From NCBI GenBank assembly GCA_945870105.1, contig CAMBRL010000001.1, positions 10,700 to 74,699 of the forward strand: a stretch of DNA of 64,000 bases, in the 5' to 3' direction. Within the stretch, counting starts at the first letter, position 1. Every line of letters starts with the position of its first letter. The notes under the pieces were generated by a model that was not told where the DNA came from, made no database searches, and saw only the letters and a list, made by a program, of their open reading frames with translations. The stretch is from Chitinophaga pinensis (GTDB lineage Bacteria; Bacteroidota; Bacteroidia; SXHM01). Shown one piece after another: positions 53,831-62,744 of this stretch. Both the position numbers and the translations under genes were made by a program.

Positions 53831-54586
53831 ATGAAAAAAACACTACTCTCATTAATTTCAATCACAGCATTTGCAGCAAGCAGTTTTGCGCAGGTATGTA
53901 TGCCTGATCCCAATGCAACAGGATTGCTTTACCCAATGACTCCAGACAGCACTACCAATGTATGGCAAGACTACACTCAGACAGTTACCATTTCAGTTCC
54001 TACTGACACTACAGTTTCTGTTATTACAGTATATGTTGACAGCATTCAGCTTGACTCGGTAAGAGGACTTCCTAACGGATTAACATATGGCTGCAACAGC
54101 AGTTTAGGTAATTGCACTTACCTTGGCGGAACTGAGGGATGTTTTATTATTTCCGGCAATGTAAATGATTCGGCAGGAACCTACCCTATTACATTTGATG
54201 TTGTCATCTATGGAGTATTAGATAGCACCGGTACAGGCGGAGATCCACTTGTTCTCCCTTATTCAATTGAGGTGTATAATTTATTTGTTGGCGAGCCTTT
54301 GGGAGTTCAAACGTTGAGCACATCTAAATTTGATGTAATCCAAAACGTTCCAAACCCTTTTAATGGAAGCACAATTATTAAATTTAACAATCCTGTTGCA
54401 GAAACTGTTAATTTTTATGTTTATGACATGATTGGAAGACAGGTTCACAACAGCAAAATCAATGCTGTAACTGGAGTTAATACTATAAACTATACTTCTG
54501 AAAAGTTGGCACCGGGTGCATACTTCTATACTATTGCAAACGGCAAGAACAGTATTACCAAGCGTATGATTGTTACTGGCAAGTAA
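53831..54586 (+). CDS. T9SS type A CTD secreted protein, paralog 1 of 3
   Basis: Signal peptide ..SFAQ; Cys-rich Ig-like N-domain (GLPNGLTYGCNSSLGNCTYLGGTEGCFIISG); CTD FDVIQNVPNPFNGSTIIKF..YFYTIANGKNSITKRMIV. Confidence 0.8.
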   Translation: MKKTLLSLISITAFAASSFAQVCMPDPNATGLLYPMTPDSTTNVWQDYTQTVTISVPTDTTVSVITVYVDSIQLDSVRGLPNGLTYGCNSSLGNCTYLGGTEGCFIISGNVNDSAGTYPITFDVVIYGVLDSTGTGGDPLVLPYSIEVYNLFVGEPLGVQTLSTSKFDVIQNVPNPFNGSTIIKFNNPVAETVNFYVYDMIGRQVHNSKINAVTGVNTINYTSEKLAPGAYFYTIANGKNSITKRMIVTGK

Positions 54587-54608
54587 AAATCAACTTATAT
54601 TAATGAGC

Positions 54609-54648
54609 AAGCCGCTTCTGTCTTTACAGTGCGGCTTTCTTGTTTTTG
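54609..54648 (+). terminator. rho-independent terminator
   Basis: AAGCCGC-15 nt-GCGGCTT followed by TCTTGTTTTTG. Confidence 0.6.
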
Positions 54649-54703
54649 TTAAAATATTAAGTGTTAAAATTCCAATATTTTTCATACAAGATAAGATAAT
54701 TTC

Positions 54704-54711
54704 TATATTTG
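54704..54711 (+). promoter_or_regulatory. Bacteroidota -7 box TATATTTG
   Basis: Exact TAnnTTTG upstream of ATG 54761. Confidence 0.4.
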
Positions 54712-54760
54712 CACAGTTAATTAAAAACTCAAATAAATTAAAAACCTTAAAACAAAACAA

Positions 54761-55579
54761 ATGATGAAAAAATTACTCTCTATTTTAATGATTGGTACTT
54801 GCGCAATTTTTGCTGCTCAAAATGCTAATGCACAAGCTTGTACCCCTGATCCTCAGTTTGCAGGAGACCCTGGAATTTATCCTGACAGTGCAATGGGCTA
54901 TCTTCCTGCTGCATGCTCTGGTGATCCTTATGCAGAAACAATTACTGTTGTTTTGCCTACTGACACAACTGTTAATTTCCCTGGAGTTGGAGTTGTTACC
55001 TTGGTAATGAATTATATTAAAGTTGACTCTGCTAAAGTTATTGTTGCAGCTGGTGATACTTCAGGCATTCCGTTTGATATTGGATTTACATTTGAATGTT
55101 CTCCTGCAGACTGTCAGTTTCCTGGCGGAGCAAGCGGATGCCTTCAGTTAAATGGTAACCCAACTACAGAAGATGAAGGAACATGGCCTTTAATCGTTTA
55201 TGTTACTGCAAACGTAACACACCCGCTTCTTGGTACTTTTGATGCTCCTCAGTCAATTATTGCTAACTACATTATTACAATTGAAAATTGTGGTGCTGTT
55301 GAAACTCTGAATAATTCTAAATTTGAAGTAGGTCAGAACATTCCTAATCCTGCGAATGGTTCAACTACTATCAATTTCACATCACCTGCTCCATCAAGTG
55401 TTGACTTCAAAGTTTACAACATGCTTGGAATGGTTGTGAAAAACAACAAAATTGATGCAGTTAGCGGTTTGAACAAAATTAACTTCAACACTAATGAGCT
55501 AGCTCAAGGTGTTTATGTTTATTCAATCACTAACGGAAACACTACTATCACAAAAAGAATGGTTGTTTCAGGTAAATAA
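54761..55579 (+). CDS. T9SS type A CTD secreted protein, paralog 2 of 3
   Basis: Same architecture as paralog 1 (ACTPDP.., FECSPADCQFPGGASGCLQLNG, CTD FEVGQNIPNPANGSTTINF..YVYSITNGNTTITKRMVV). Confidence 0.8.
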   Translation: MMKKLLSILMIGTCAIFAAQNANAQACTPDPQFAGDPGIYPDSAMGYLPAACSGDPYAETITVVLPTDTTVNFPGVGVVTLVMNYIKVDSAKVIVAAGDTSGIPFDIGFTFECSPADCQFPGGASGCLQLNGNPTTEDEGTWPLIVYVTANVTHPLLGTFDAPQSIIANYIITIENCGAVETLNNSKFEVGQNIPNPANGSTTINFTSPAPSSVDFKVYNMLGMVVKNNKIDAVSGLNKINFNTNELAQGVYVYSITNGNTTITKRMVVSGK

Positions 55580-55602
55580 TCTGATAATAATCATTATAAA
55601 AA

Positions 55603-55632
55603 ATGCCTCGCAGATTTGCGGGGCATTTTTTT
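55603..55632 (+). terminator. rho-independent terminator
   Basis: ATGCCTCGC-agattt-GCGGGGCAT followed by T7. Confidence 0.7.
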
Positions 55633-55645
55633 GTCAGAAAATTCT

Positions 55646-55653
55646 TATTTTTG
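55646..55653 (+). promoter_or_regulatory. Bacteroidota -7 box TATTTTTG
   Basis: Exact TAnnTTTG upstream of ATG 55684. Confidence 0.4.
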
Positions 55654-55683
55654 CACGCATACAAATACTAAAAAACAAAAAAA

Positions 55684-56511
55684 ATGAAAAAATTCTTACT
55701 CTTTATCACCTTATTATCCATTAACATCAGTGCATTTGCGCAAGCTAATCCATTTACCCCCGCATTAGGAGCATTGCCTAATTACACTGTTGGGTCTGCT
55801 TACTCAACAAATATTGCAATGTCAGCTATACCATCAAGTTTAACTGTCAACACTGCAGACTTAGCAGCTTCTGTTCCAGCTCTTCAGCAATTTATTTCTT
55901 TTCTGCCAGCAACTCTTGACATTACGATTACCAGTGTTACTTTTAATGTAACCGGTCTTTTGTCAGGTCTTGATGCAACTTGCAACCCTTCAGGATGCAC
56001 CTATAATGCTGGTGCTTCCGGATCAATTGATATTTCTGGAACTACAACTGATGCAGCGGGAACAGACACATTAAGAATAAGATCACTTACAACAGGAAGT
56101 ACCGTTGTAACTATTCCTGTTATTGGAGATTTGCCAGTAAATTTTCCTGGAACAGTTCAAGGTCAGGCTGTACCTGAATTACCTACCCTTTTCGATGGAG
56201 GTCCTTACACTTTGCATACTACTAATGCAGTTGAGCAACTAGAAGCGACTTCATTTGATGTAATCCAAAATATCCCAAATCCGTTCACAGGAAATACCAC
56301 AATCAAGTTTTCTACTCCAATTGCAGGAAATGTTGATTTTACAGTATTTGACATGATTGGCAAACGCGTTTATTCAGAAAAAATACAGGCACAAGCTAAA
56401 ACCAATTCTATTGTTTTCAGTTCTGAAAAAATTAATGCAGGAACTTATTTCTATTCTTTAAGTAACGGTACAAAAACAATCACCAAAAAGATGATTGTTG
56501 CCGGAAAATAA
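55684..56511 (+). CDS. T9SS type A CTD secreted protein, paralog 3 of 3 (most divergent N-domain)
   Basis: ATCNPSGCTYNAGASGSIDISG and CTD FDVIQNIPNPFTGNTTIKF..YFYSLSNGTKTITKKMIV. Confidence 0.8.
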   Translation: MKKFLLFITLLSINISAFAQANPFTPALGALPNYTVGSAYSTNIAMSAIPSSLTVNTADLAASVPALQQFISFLPATLDITITSVTFNVTGLLSGLDATCNPSGCTYNAGASGSIDISGTTTDAAGTDTLRIRSLTTGSTVVTIPVIGDLPVNFPGTVQGQAVPELPTLFDGGPYTLHTTNAVEQLEATSFDVIQNIPNPFTGNTTIKFSTPIAGNVDFTVFDMIGKRVYSEKIQAQAKTNSIVFSSEKINAGTYFYSLSNGTKTITKKMIVAGK

Positions 56512-57426
56512 ATGAGTTTAAAGCTGACCATACTCGGTTGTGGTTCTGCTACACCAACAATTGACCGAAATCCTACCGCTCAAGTACTGCAAGTGCTTGA
56601 GCGGTTTTTTTTGATAGACTGCGGAGAAGGAACGCAATTACAAATGAGGCGAAATAAAATTCGTCCTCGCCATTTTGATCATATTTTTATTAGCCACCTG
56701 CATGGCGACCATTATCTTGGTTTGTTCGGGTTGCTTTCAAGCCTGCATTTATACACCAGAAATAAACCTATGCATGTATTTTGTCCGCCTAAACTAAAAG
56801 AGATAATAGACCTGCAACTCAAAGCCTCAGGCACCAAATTAAGTTACGAATTATACTTTCACGAATTAGTAGAAAACGGGAAACAATTAATTCTTGAAAC
56901 CAATGAGGCATCGGTTTATTCATTTCCAATGAACCACCGTATTCCCTGCTGGGGTTTTAAGTTTGTTGAAAAGCCCCGCCCAAAGAGCATGAAAGGGGAG
57001 AAGATTCGTGAATACAATATCCCGTTTTCTAAAATTGATGAAATCAGAAATGGAAACTATTTCGTTACTGAGAATGGGAAAATAATTCCGAATGATGAAT
57101 TAACTTTTCCAGCAAAAGAAACTAGAACGTATGCTTTTTGTTCCGATACAATTTATGATGAAAGTATAATTCCGTATGTGAAAGGATCGGACTTACTTTA
57201 TCACGAGGCAACCTTTGCGCACGAATTGCTTGATAAAGCAACAAACAGGTATCATACAACGGCATTGCAGGCAGCAACATTTGCGCTAAAAGCTGAAGCA
57301 AAAACATTGATTATTGGACATTATTCTTCGCGCTATGGCGATGTATCTGCATTACTTAATGAAGCCAGAACAGTGTTTGAAAACACCATAGCTGCAAATG
57401 ATAATCTGGTAATTGAAATTTCTTAA
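56512..57426 (+). CDS. rnz: ribonuclease Z
   Basis: Metallo-beta-lactamase HxHxDH motif (SHLHGDHYLG). The start abuts the upstream stop (TAAATG). Confidence 0.9.
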   Translation: MSLKLTILGCGSATPTIDRNPTAQVLQVLERFFLIDCGEGTQLQMRRNKIRPRHFDHIFISHLHGDHYLGLFGLLSSLHLYTRNKPMHVFCPPKLKEIIDLQLKASGTKLSYELYFHELVENGKQLILETNEASVYSFPMNHRIPCWGFKFVEKPRPKSMKGEKIREYNIPFSKIDEIRNGNYFVTENGKIIPNDELTFPAKETRTYAFCSDTIYDESIIPYVKGSDLLYHEATFAHELLDKATNRYHTTALQAATFALKAEAKTLIIGHYSSRYGDVSALLNEARTVFENTIAANDNLVIEIS

Positions 57427-57457
57427 AACTTTTCATTGTATTGTATAAGAATGAGGC

Positions 57458-57465
57458 TATATTTG
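57458..57465 (+). promoter_or_regulatory. Bacteroidota -7 box TATATTTG
   Basis: Exact TAnnTTTG, 35 nt upstream of ATG 57501. Confidence 0.4.
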
Positions 57466-57500
57466 TGCATTATTTAAAATCATTCTAAATAATTTTATTA

Positions 57501-58169
57501 ATGAATAAGATTAATGTTTTTCTTGCTGACGGAAATTACCTTGTAAGAGAAGGGCTGAAGTCTATTTTATCGGTTGATAAAACCGTTTCTGTTGCAGGTG
57601 AAGCCAATGACAGTGAGGAATTACATTCTCAGGTAAAGAAGAAAAGAATTGACCTGTTGGTAATTGATTTCAGTTCACAGAATTTTGAATTGAAAGACAT
57701 ACAAAAAGCATTGCTTTCAAATCCTGATTTGAAAGTGCTTGCCATCACAACCTATTACAGTCAGAGTTCTGTTCTTAAAGCAATAGAAAGTGGCGTTACA
57801 GGCTATATTTTGAAAGACTGCGGCAAAGAAGAAGTGATTGATGCAATTAAAGCTACCGGAAAGGGCACTAATTTCTTCTGCGGAAAAATCATTGAGTCAA
57901 TTGTAAAAGAAAACACCTCTTACATTGATGTAAATAAAGTTGCAAGTTGTTGTGAACCGGTGAACCTGAGTAACCGCGAAATTGAAATTGTAAAACTGAT
58001 TGCTCAAGGTTTTACCAACAAAGAAATTGCAGATAAATTATTTCTCAGCAATCACACCATTATCACGCACCGCAAAAATATAATGGCAAAAATTGGCGTA
58101 AAAAACACTGCAGGAATTGTGGTGTATGCAGTGAAAGAAAGCCTTGTTCTCCCTGCCTTATTTCTTTAA
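57501..58169 (+). CDS. NarL/FixJ-type response regulator (receiver + LuxR HTH)
   Basis: Receiver Asp in LLVIDF, conserved T and K; HTH LSNREIEIVKLIAQGFTNKEIADKLFLSNHTIITHRKNI. No histidine kinase is adjacent. Confidence 0.85.
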   Translation: MNKINVFLADGNYLVREGLKSILSVDKTVSVAGEANDSEELHSQVKKKRIDLLVIDFSSQNFELKDIQKALLSNPDLKVLAITTYYSQSSVLKAIESGVTGYILKDCGKEEVIDAIKATGKGTNFFCGKIIESIVKENTSYIDVNKVASCCEPVNLSNREIEIVKLIAQGFTNKEIADKLFLSNHTIITHRKNIMAKIGVKNTAGIVVYAVKESLVLPALFL

Positions 58170-58310
58170 ATTATTTTCTTCTTCTGATTTTTGTTTTGCT
58201 TGTGTTTGTTCCCGTTATGGGACACATACGTAATCGCCCGGGAACACCGCGTTGGCTGAATATTTTGTTGCTTGTTATTCTTATGGCAACTGTTTTCTCA
58301 GCAATTCTTT

Positions 58311-58373
58311 TTGGACAATTGCATAAATAAAAAAGGGGCTTTAAGCCCCTTTTTTATTTATGCAATTGTCCAA
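58311..58373. terminator. 63-nt perfect palindrome with GC core and flanking A6/T6; probable bidirectional terminator overlapping the korB stop
   Basis: TTGGACAATTGCATAAATAAAAAAGGGGCTT-t-AAGCCCCTTTTTTATTTATGCAATTGTCCAA; the 31-nt arms were verified base by base. Confidence 0.7.
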
Positions 58374-59386
58374 GTATTGCCGCCTTTGAGCAACTTATTC
58401 AAATCGCCCTTGCCAGATTTTGCAATTGTGTTTGTTATCTGGTCAACCAGTGCATCTTCGTAGCAATAACGTGCTTCTGTGTAGAATACCCCAAACGGAC
58501 GTGGTAAATGTTCTTCTGTTTTTGTGTTGTCAAAAAAGCGGCTGAGTAAACCGGCTTTTACGCGGTCGGTTTCATCATGTATCCACAAATCGCTGGAAGC
58601 AGAGCCGTCTGTCAAGTCAACAATAACAGGTTTAAATCCGTCAAGTTTTATTCCTTTTGTTTTTCCTTCTCCGAAGATTAAAGGTTTGCCTTGTTCTAAG
58701 AAAAGAGTTTCAGCAGCTTTCGTTTCTTTATCAGTATAAACAAAGAAAGCCCCGTCATTAAATACGTTACAGTTCTGGTAAATCTCAACCATTGAAGTTC
58801 CTTTGTGATCGTTGGCACGTTTTAATACATCACGTAAGTGATTGGGATCTCTGTCCATCGTGCGTGCAATAAAGGTTGCATCAGCTCCAAGGCAAAGTGC
58901 CAATGGATTAAACGGATGGTCAATAGAGCCCATCGGTGAAGATTTTGTAATTTTCCCTTCTTCAGATGCCGGTGAATATTGTCCCTTTGTCAAACCATAA
59001 ATCTGGTTATTGAAAAGCAGAATATTTACGTTGAAATTTTTTCTGAGAATGTGAATAAGGTGATTACCACCAATAGATAAAGCATCACCGTCACCGGTAA
59101 CAATCCAAACGCTCAATTCAGGTCTTGCAGCTTTCAATCCGCTGGCAATGGCAGTAGCGCGCCCGTGAATACTGTGCATTCCAAATGTTTCCATGTAATA
59201 CGGGAAACGTGAGGAGCATCCGATACCGGAAACGAAGACAAGATTTTCGCGCTTTATTCCCAATTCAGGAACAACTTTTTGAACTTGCTTTAAAATAGAA
59301 TAATCTCCGCAACCGGGGCACCAACGCACATCCTGATCGGTTTCGAGGTCTTTTGCTGTATATGGTTTTTCGATAATTTCTGACAT
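58358..59386 (-). CDS. korB: 2-oxoglutarate/2-oxoacid:ferredoxin oxidoreductase beta subunit
   Basis: WCPGCGDY and TPP motif [12 protein letters not shown]. Confidence 0.9.
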   Translation of the reverse strand: MSEIIEKPYTAKDLETDQDVRWCPGCGDYSILKQVQKVVPELGIKRENLVFVSGIGCSSRFPYYMETFGMHSIHGRATAIASGLKAARPELSVWIVTGDGDALSIGGNHLIHILRKNFNVNILLFNNQIYGLTKGQYSPASEEGKITKSSPMGSIDHPFNPLALCLGADATFIARTMDRDPNHLRDVLKRANDHKGTSMVEIYQNCNVFNDGAFFVYTDKETKAAETLFLEQGKPLIFGEGKTKGIKLDGFKPVIVDLTDGSASSDLWIHDETDRVKAGLLSRFFDNTKTEEHLPRPFGVFYTEARYCYEDALVDQITNTIAKSGKGDLNKLLKGGNTWTIA

Positions 59387-59395
59387 AATCTTAAA

Positions 59396-61246
59396 TTATT
59401 TTTTCAGTGTTTCAACAATTTTTTCTTTTATCTCTGCGGCACTAAATGGCATACCTTTTATTTTATTGAAAGGAACTGCAGGTACTAAATATTTATCACG
59501 CAAAACTTTTACAAGTTGCCCGTTGTTCATTTCAGGAACAATGATGTCTTCAAAATTATACAGTATTTCACCTAAATTCTTAGGAAGAGGATTCAAATAT
59601 TTGATGTGGGCGTGCGAAACATCATATCCCTCTTCAATGGCTTCGCGCACGGCAGCTTTGATTGAACCGTAGGTTGAACCCCAACCAACAATCAGCAACT
59701 TGCCTTTTTCTTTTCCGTTATCAATTTGTTGCAACGGAATTGCATCTGCAATATTCTCAACTTTTTTAGCGCGGGTTTTCACCATGTGCTCGTGGTTGTC
59801 GGGATCATAAGAAATATTTCCGGTAATGTCTTCTTTCTCAATTCCTCCAACACGGTGCTCTAATCCCTTTGTTCCCGGAATAGCCCATTTACGCACTAAT
59901 TTAGCATCACGTTTATAGGGCATATATTTTTCGTCACCTTCATTTCTTGGTTCTGCAAAAACAGCTTTAATAGTTGGTAGAGAATCGGCAGTAGGAAATT
60001 TCCATGGCTCAGAACCGTTAGCAATATATCCATCAGACATAAAGAAAACCGGTGTCATGTGTTCAACTGCAATTCTGCATGCTTCAAAAACAGTAGTAAA
60101 GCAGTCGGAAGGTGAATACGCAGCAACTATAGGAACAGGAGCTTCACCATTTCTTCCATAAAGTGCCTGAAGCAAATCTGATTGTTCTGTTTTTGTTGGT
60201 AAACCTGTTGACGGTCCTCCGCGTTGAATATTTATAATTACTAAAGGTATTTCAAGCATCAGAGCAAGTCCTATAGCTTCGCCTTTCAATGCAATTCCCG
60301 GACCTGAAGAAGCTGTAACAGCCAAAGCCCCTCCAAATGAAGCACCAATGGTAGAGCCAATTGCGGCAATTTCGTCTTCTGCTTGAAAAGTTTTTACACC
60401 AAAATTTTTGTAGCGTGCAAGTTCATGCAATATATCTGTAGCAGGTGTAATAGGATATGTTCCGTAGAACAATGTTAATCCTGAGCGTTCCGCAGCAGCA
60501 ATTAGACCGATTGCTGCTGCCTGATTACCCATGATGTTGCGGTATTCACCTTTTTCAAGTTGTGCTTTTTCAACCTGAAAACGGGTAGTGAATGTTTCGC
60601 TGGTATCGCCAAAATGGTATCCTGCTTTCAACGTTTTTACGTTGGCATCCATTACCGCAGGATTTTTCTTGAATTTATCGGTGATATATTTGATGGTATT
60701 ATCCATATCACGGTTGAACATCCAAAGGATAAAGCCCAACACAAACATATTCTTTGTGCGATCAATTTCCTTGATACCCAATCCTGATTCTTTGAGGCAT
60801 TCCTTTGTAAGTTTGGTAACATCAACTTCGTGAACCTTGTATTTCTCGAGTGAGTTATCTTTAAGTGGGTTTACACCGGCTGGATATTTTGCAAGTCCGA
60901 GGTTTTTAGGGTCGAAGCCATCGCTATTGGCAATGATTATTCCGCCTGTTTTTAACTGCTTTAAATTAGCCTTCAGAGCAGCTGCGTTCATCACTACAAG
61001 CACATCACAAATGTCGCCCGGAGTATAAATCTCGATACTGCTGAAGCGCAATTGAAAGCCAGAAACACCTGCCAGAGTACCTTGCGGGGCGCGTATCTCA
61101 GCCGGGAAGTTAGGGAACGTACTCAAGTCGTTTCCGAACAAAGCAGTTGTGTTGGTGAATTGTGTTCCTGCAAGTTGAATACCGTCACCGGAATCACCTG
61201 CAAAAAGAATGGTAATGTCTTTTGTTACTTCTGTTGTTTTGCTCAT
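59396..61246 (-). CDS. korA: 2-oxoglutarate/2-oxoacid:ferredoxin oxidoreductase alpha subunit
   Basis: 616 aa fused gamma-alpha type (FAGDSGDGIQ.., YPITPATD); adjacent to korB. Confidence 0.9.
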   Translation of the reverse strand: MSKTTEVTKDITILFAGDSGDGIQLAGTQFTNTTALFGNDLSTFPNFPAEIRAPQGTLAGVSGFQLRFSSIEIYTPGDICDVLVVMNAAALKANLKQLKTGGIIIANSDGFDPKNLGLAKYPAGVNPLKDNSLEKYKVHEVDVTKLTKECLKESGLGIKEIDRTKNMFVLGFILWMFNRDMDNTIKYITDKFKKNPAVMDANVKTLKAGYHFGDTSETFTTRFQVEKAQLEKGEYRNIMGNQAAAIGLIAAAERSGLTLFYGTYPITPATDILHELARYKNFGVKTFQAEDEIAAIGSTIGASFGGALAVTASSGPGIALKGEAIGLALMLEIPLVIINIQRGGPSTGLPTKTEQSDLLQALYGRNGEAPVPIVAAYSPSDCFTTVFEACRIAVEHMTPVFFMSDGYIANGSEPWKFPTADSLPTIKAVFAEPRNEGDEKYMPYKRDAKLVRKWAIPGTKGLEHRVGGIEKEDITGNISYDPDNHEHMVKTRAKKVENIADAIPLQQIDNGKEKGKLLIVGWGSTYGSIKAAVREAIEEGYDVSHAHIKYLNPLPKNLGEILYNFEDIIVPEMNNGQLVKVLRDKYLVPAVPFNKIKGMPFSAAEIKEKIVETLKK

Positions 61247-61291
61247 CGTATTTTGAAAAAATTTGCCAAAAATAATTTTTTTTGCTGCTTG

Positions 61292-61540
61292 TTATTCAAT
61301 ATTTATTGCTTCTACAGCAATAATTTCAGGAACAGCCCTTTTTACTGCTTCTTCAATCCCGGCCTTTAAGGTCATTGTGCTCATGTGACAACTGCTGCAG
61401 GCGCCTAATAATTTCACTTTTGCAATGTAGTTGTCGGTTACTTCAACCAGTTCCATGTCACCGCCATCTGCTTCCAAAAAAGGACGCATGGTTTGCAACG
61501 CACTTTCAATTTTGGATATTAAAATTTTGTCGTTTATCAT
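61292..61540 (-). CDS. NifU C-terminal-domain (Nfu-like) Fe-S cluster carrier
   Basis: 82 aa with CxxC motif GACSSCHMS. Confidence 0.85.
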   Translation of the reverse strand: MINDKILISKIESALQTMRPFLEADGGDMELVEVTDNYIAKVKLLGACSSCHMSTMTLKAGIEEAVKRAVPEIIAVEAINIE

Positions 61541-61546
61541 TTTGAA

Positions 61547-62647
61547 TTAACTGCGTGCAATTTCCACTTTTTCAGTAGGAGCCATTGTTGCATTTCGTAT
61601 AGCTACCTGTTGTGCAACATTTTTTGCCATATCCATCAAAGCTTTTGCGATTGGTGAATTTTCTTGCAAAACAGCAGGCCTTCCTGCATCACCGGCTTCG
61701 CGTACACTTTGCACCAACGGAATTTGTCCAAGCAATGGAATATTGAGTTGTTCTGCCAATGTTTTTGCACCATCTTTTCCAAAGATGTAGTATTTGTTTT
61801 CAGGTAATTCTTCTGGAGTGAACCAAGCCATGTTTTCTACCAATCCAAGAACAGGAACATTGATGGCCGGCATCTGAAACATCGCTATTCCCTTACGTGC
61901 ATCAGCCAACGCTACATCCTGAGGAGTGCTTACAACTACTGCTCCTGCAAGCGGCACTGCCTGAATAAGTGAAAGGTGAATATCACCCGTTCCCGGAGGA
62001 AGATCAATAATCATGTAATCCAGTTCGCCCCAATCAGCATCAAAGAACATTTGGGTCAAAGCCTTTGTAGCCATAGGTCCGCGCCATGCTACTGCTTGAT
62101 TAGTTTCAGCAAAAAATCCAATGGAAAGAATTTTTACACCATAGCTTTCAACCGGAACCATCATGCTTTTTTCTCCAACTTTCCTTACTCCGGGTTTTTC
62201 GTTCTGCACATCAAACATGATTGGAACAGATGGTCCGTAAATATCGGCATCCAGTATTCCCACTTTTGCACCTTGCATTGTGAGTGCCACCGCAAGATTA
62301 GCGGCAATGGTTGATTTGCCAACCCCACCTTTTCCGGAAGCGACTGCAACAAAATTTCTAACTCCTGCAATGGATGCTTTGCTGCTTTGTTTTGTGGTTA
62401 CGTTGGAAGTCATGTGCGCATTTACAATCGCTTCTTTATCCACAAAATGCTTGATTGAATTTACGCAGGCGTTATGAATCAATTCTTTTAAAGGGCAGGC
62501 AGGAGTAGTGAGTACAACCGAAAAACTGACGTTCTTGCCATCAATTTCTATATCCTTAATCATGTTGAGCGTAACAAGGTCTTTCCCTAAATCGGGATCA
62601 ATAACGTTGCTCAGCGCGTCTAAAACTTTTTCTTTTGTTATTTCCAT
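61547..62647 (-). CDS. apbC: Mrp/NBP35 (ApbC) family Fe-S cluster carrier ATPase
   Basis: N-terminal DUF59-like VIDPDLGKDLVTLNMI, deviant Walker A SGKGGVGKST. I prefer the ATG at 62647 (MEITKEKV). Confidence 0.9.
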   Translation of the reverse strand: MEITKEKVLDALSNVIDPDLGKDLVTLNMIKDIEIDGKNVSFSVVLTTPACPLKELIHNACVNSIKHFVDKEAIVNAHMTSNVTTKQSSKASIAGVRNFVAVASGKGGVGKSTIAANLAVALTMQGAKVGILDADIYGPSVPIMFDVQNEKPGVRKVGEKSMMVPVESYGVKILSIGFFAETNQAVAWRGPMATKALTQMFFDADWGELDYMIIDLPPGTGDIHLSLIQAVPLAGAVVVSTPQDVALADARKGIAMFQMPAINVPVLGLVENMAWFTPEELPENKYYIFGKDGAKTLAEQLNIPLLGQIPLVQSVREAGDAGRPAVLQENSPIAKALMDMAKNVAQQVAIRNATMAPTEKVEIARS

Positions 62648-62744
62648 TTTTTCTAAAAAACTCAGCGAAATTAGTAATTCTGCATTAATTTGGAATGTTT
62701 CCAAACAACTAATTTGAAATCTATTTTTCAGCTATTATTGCACT

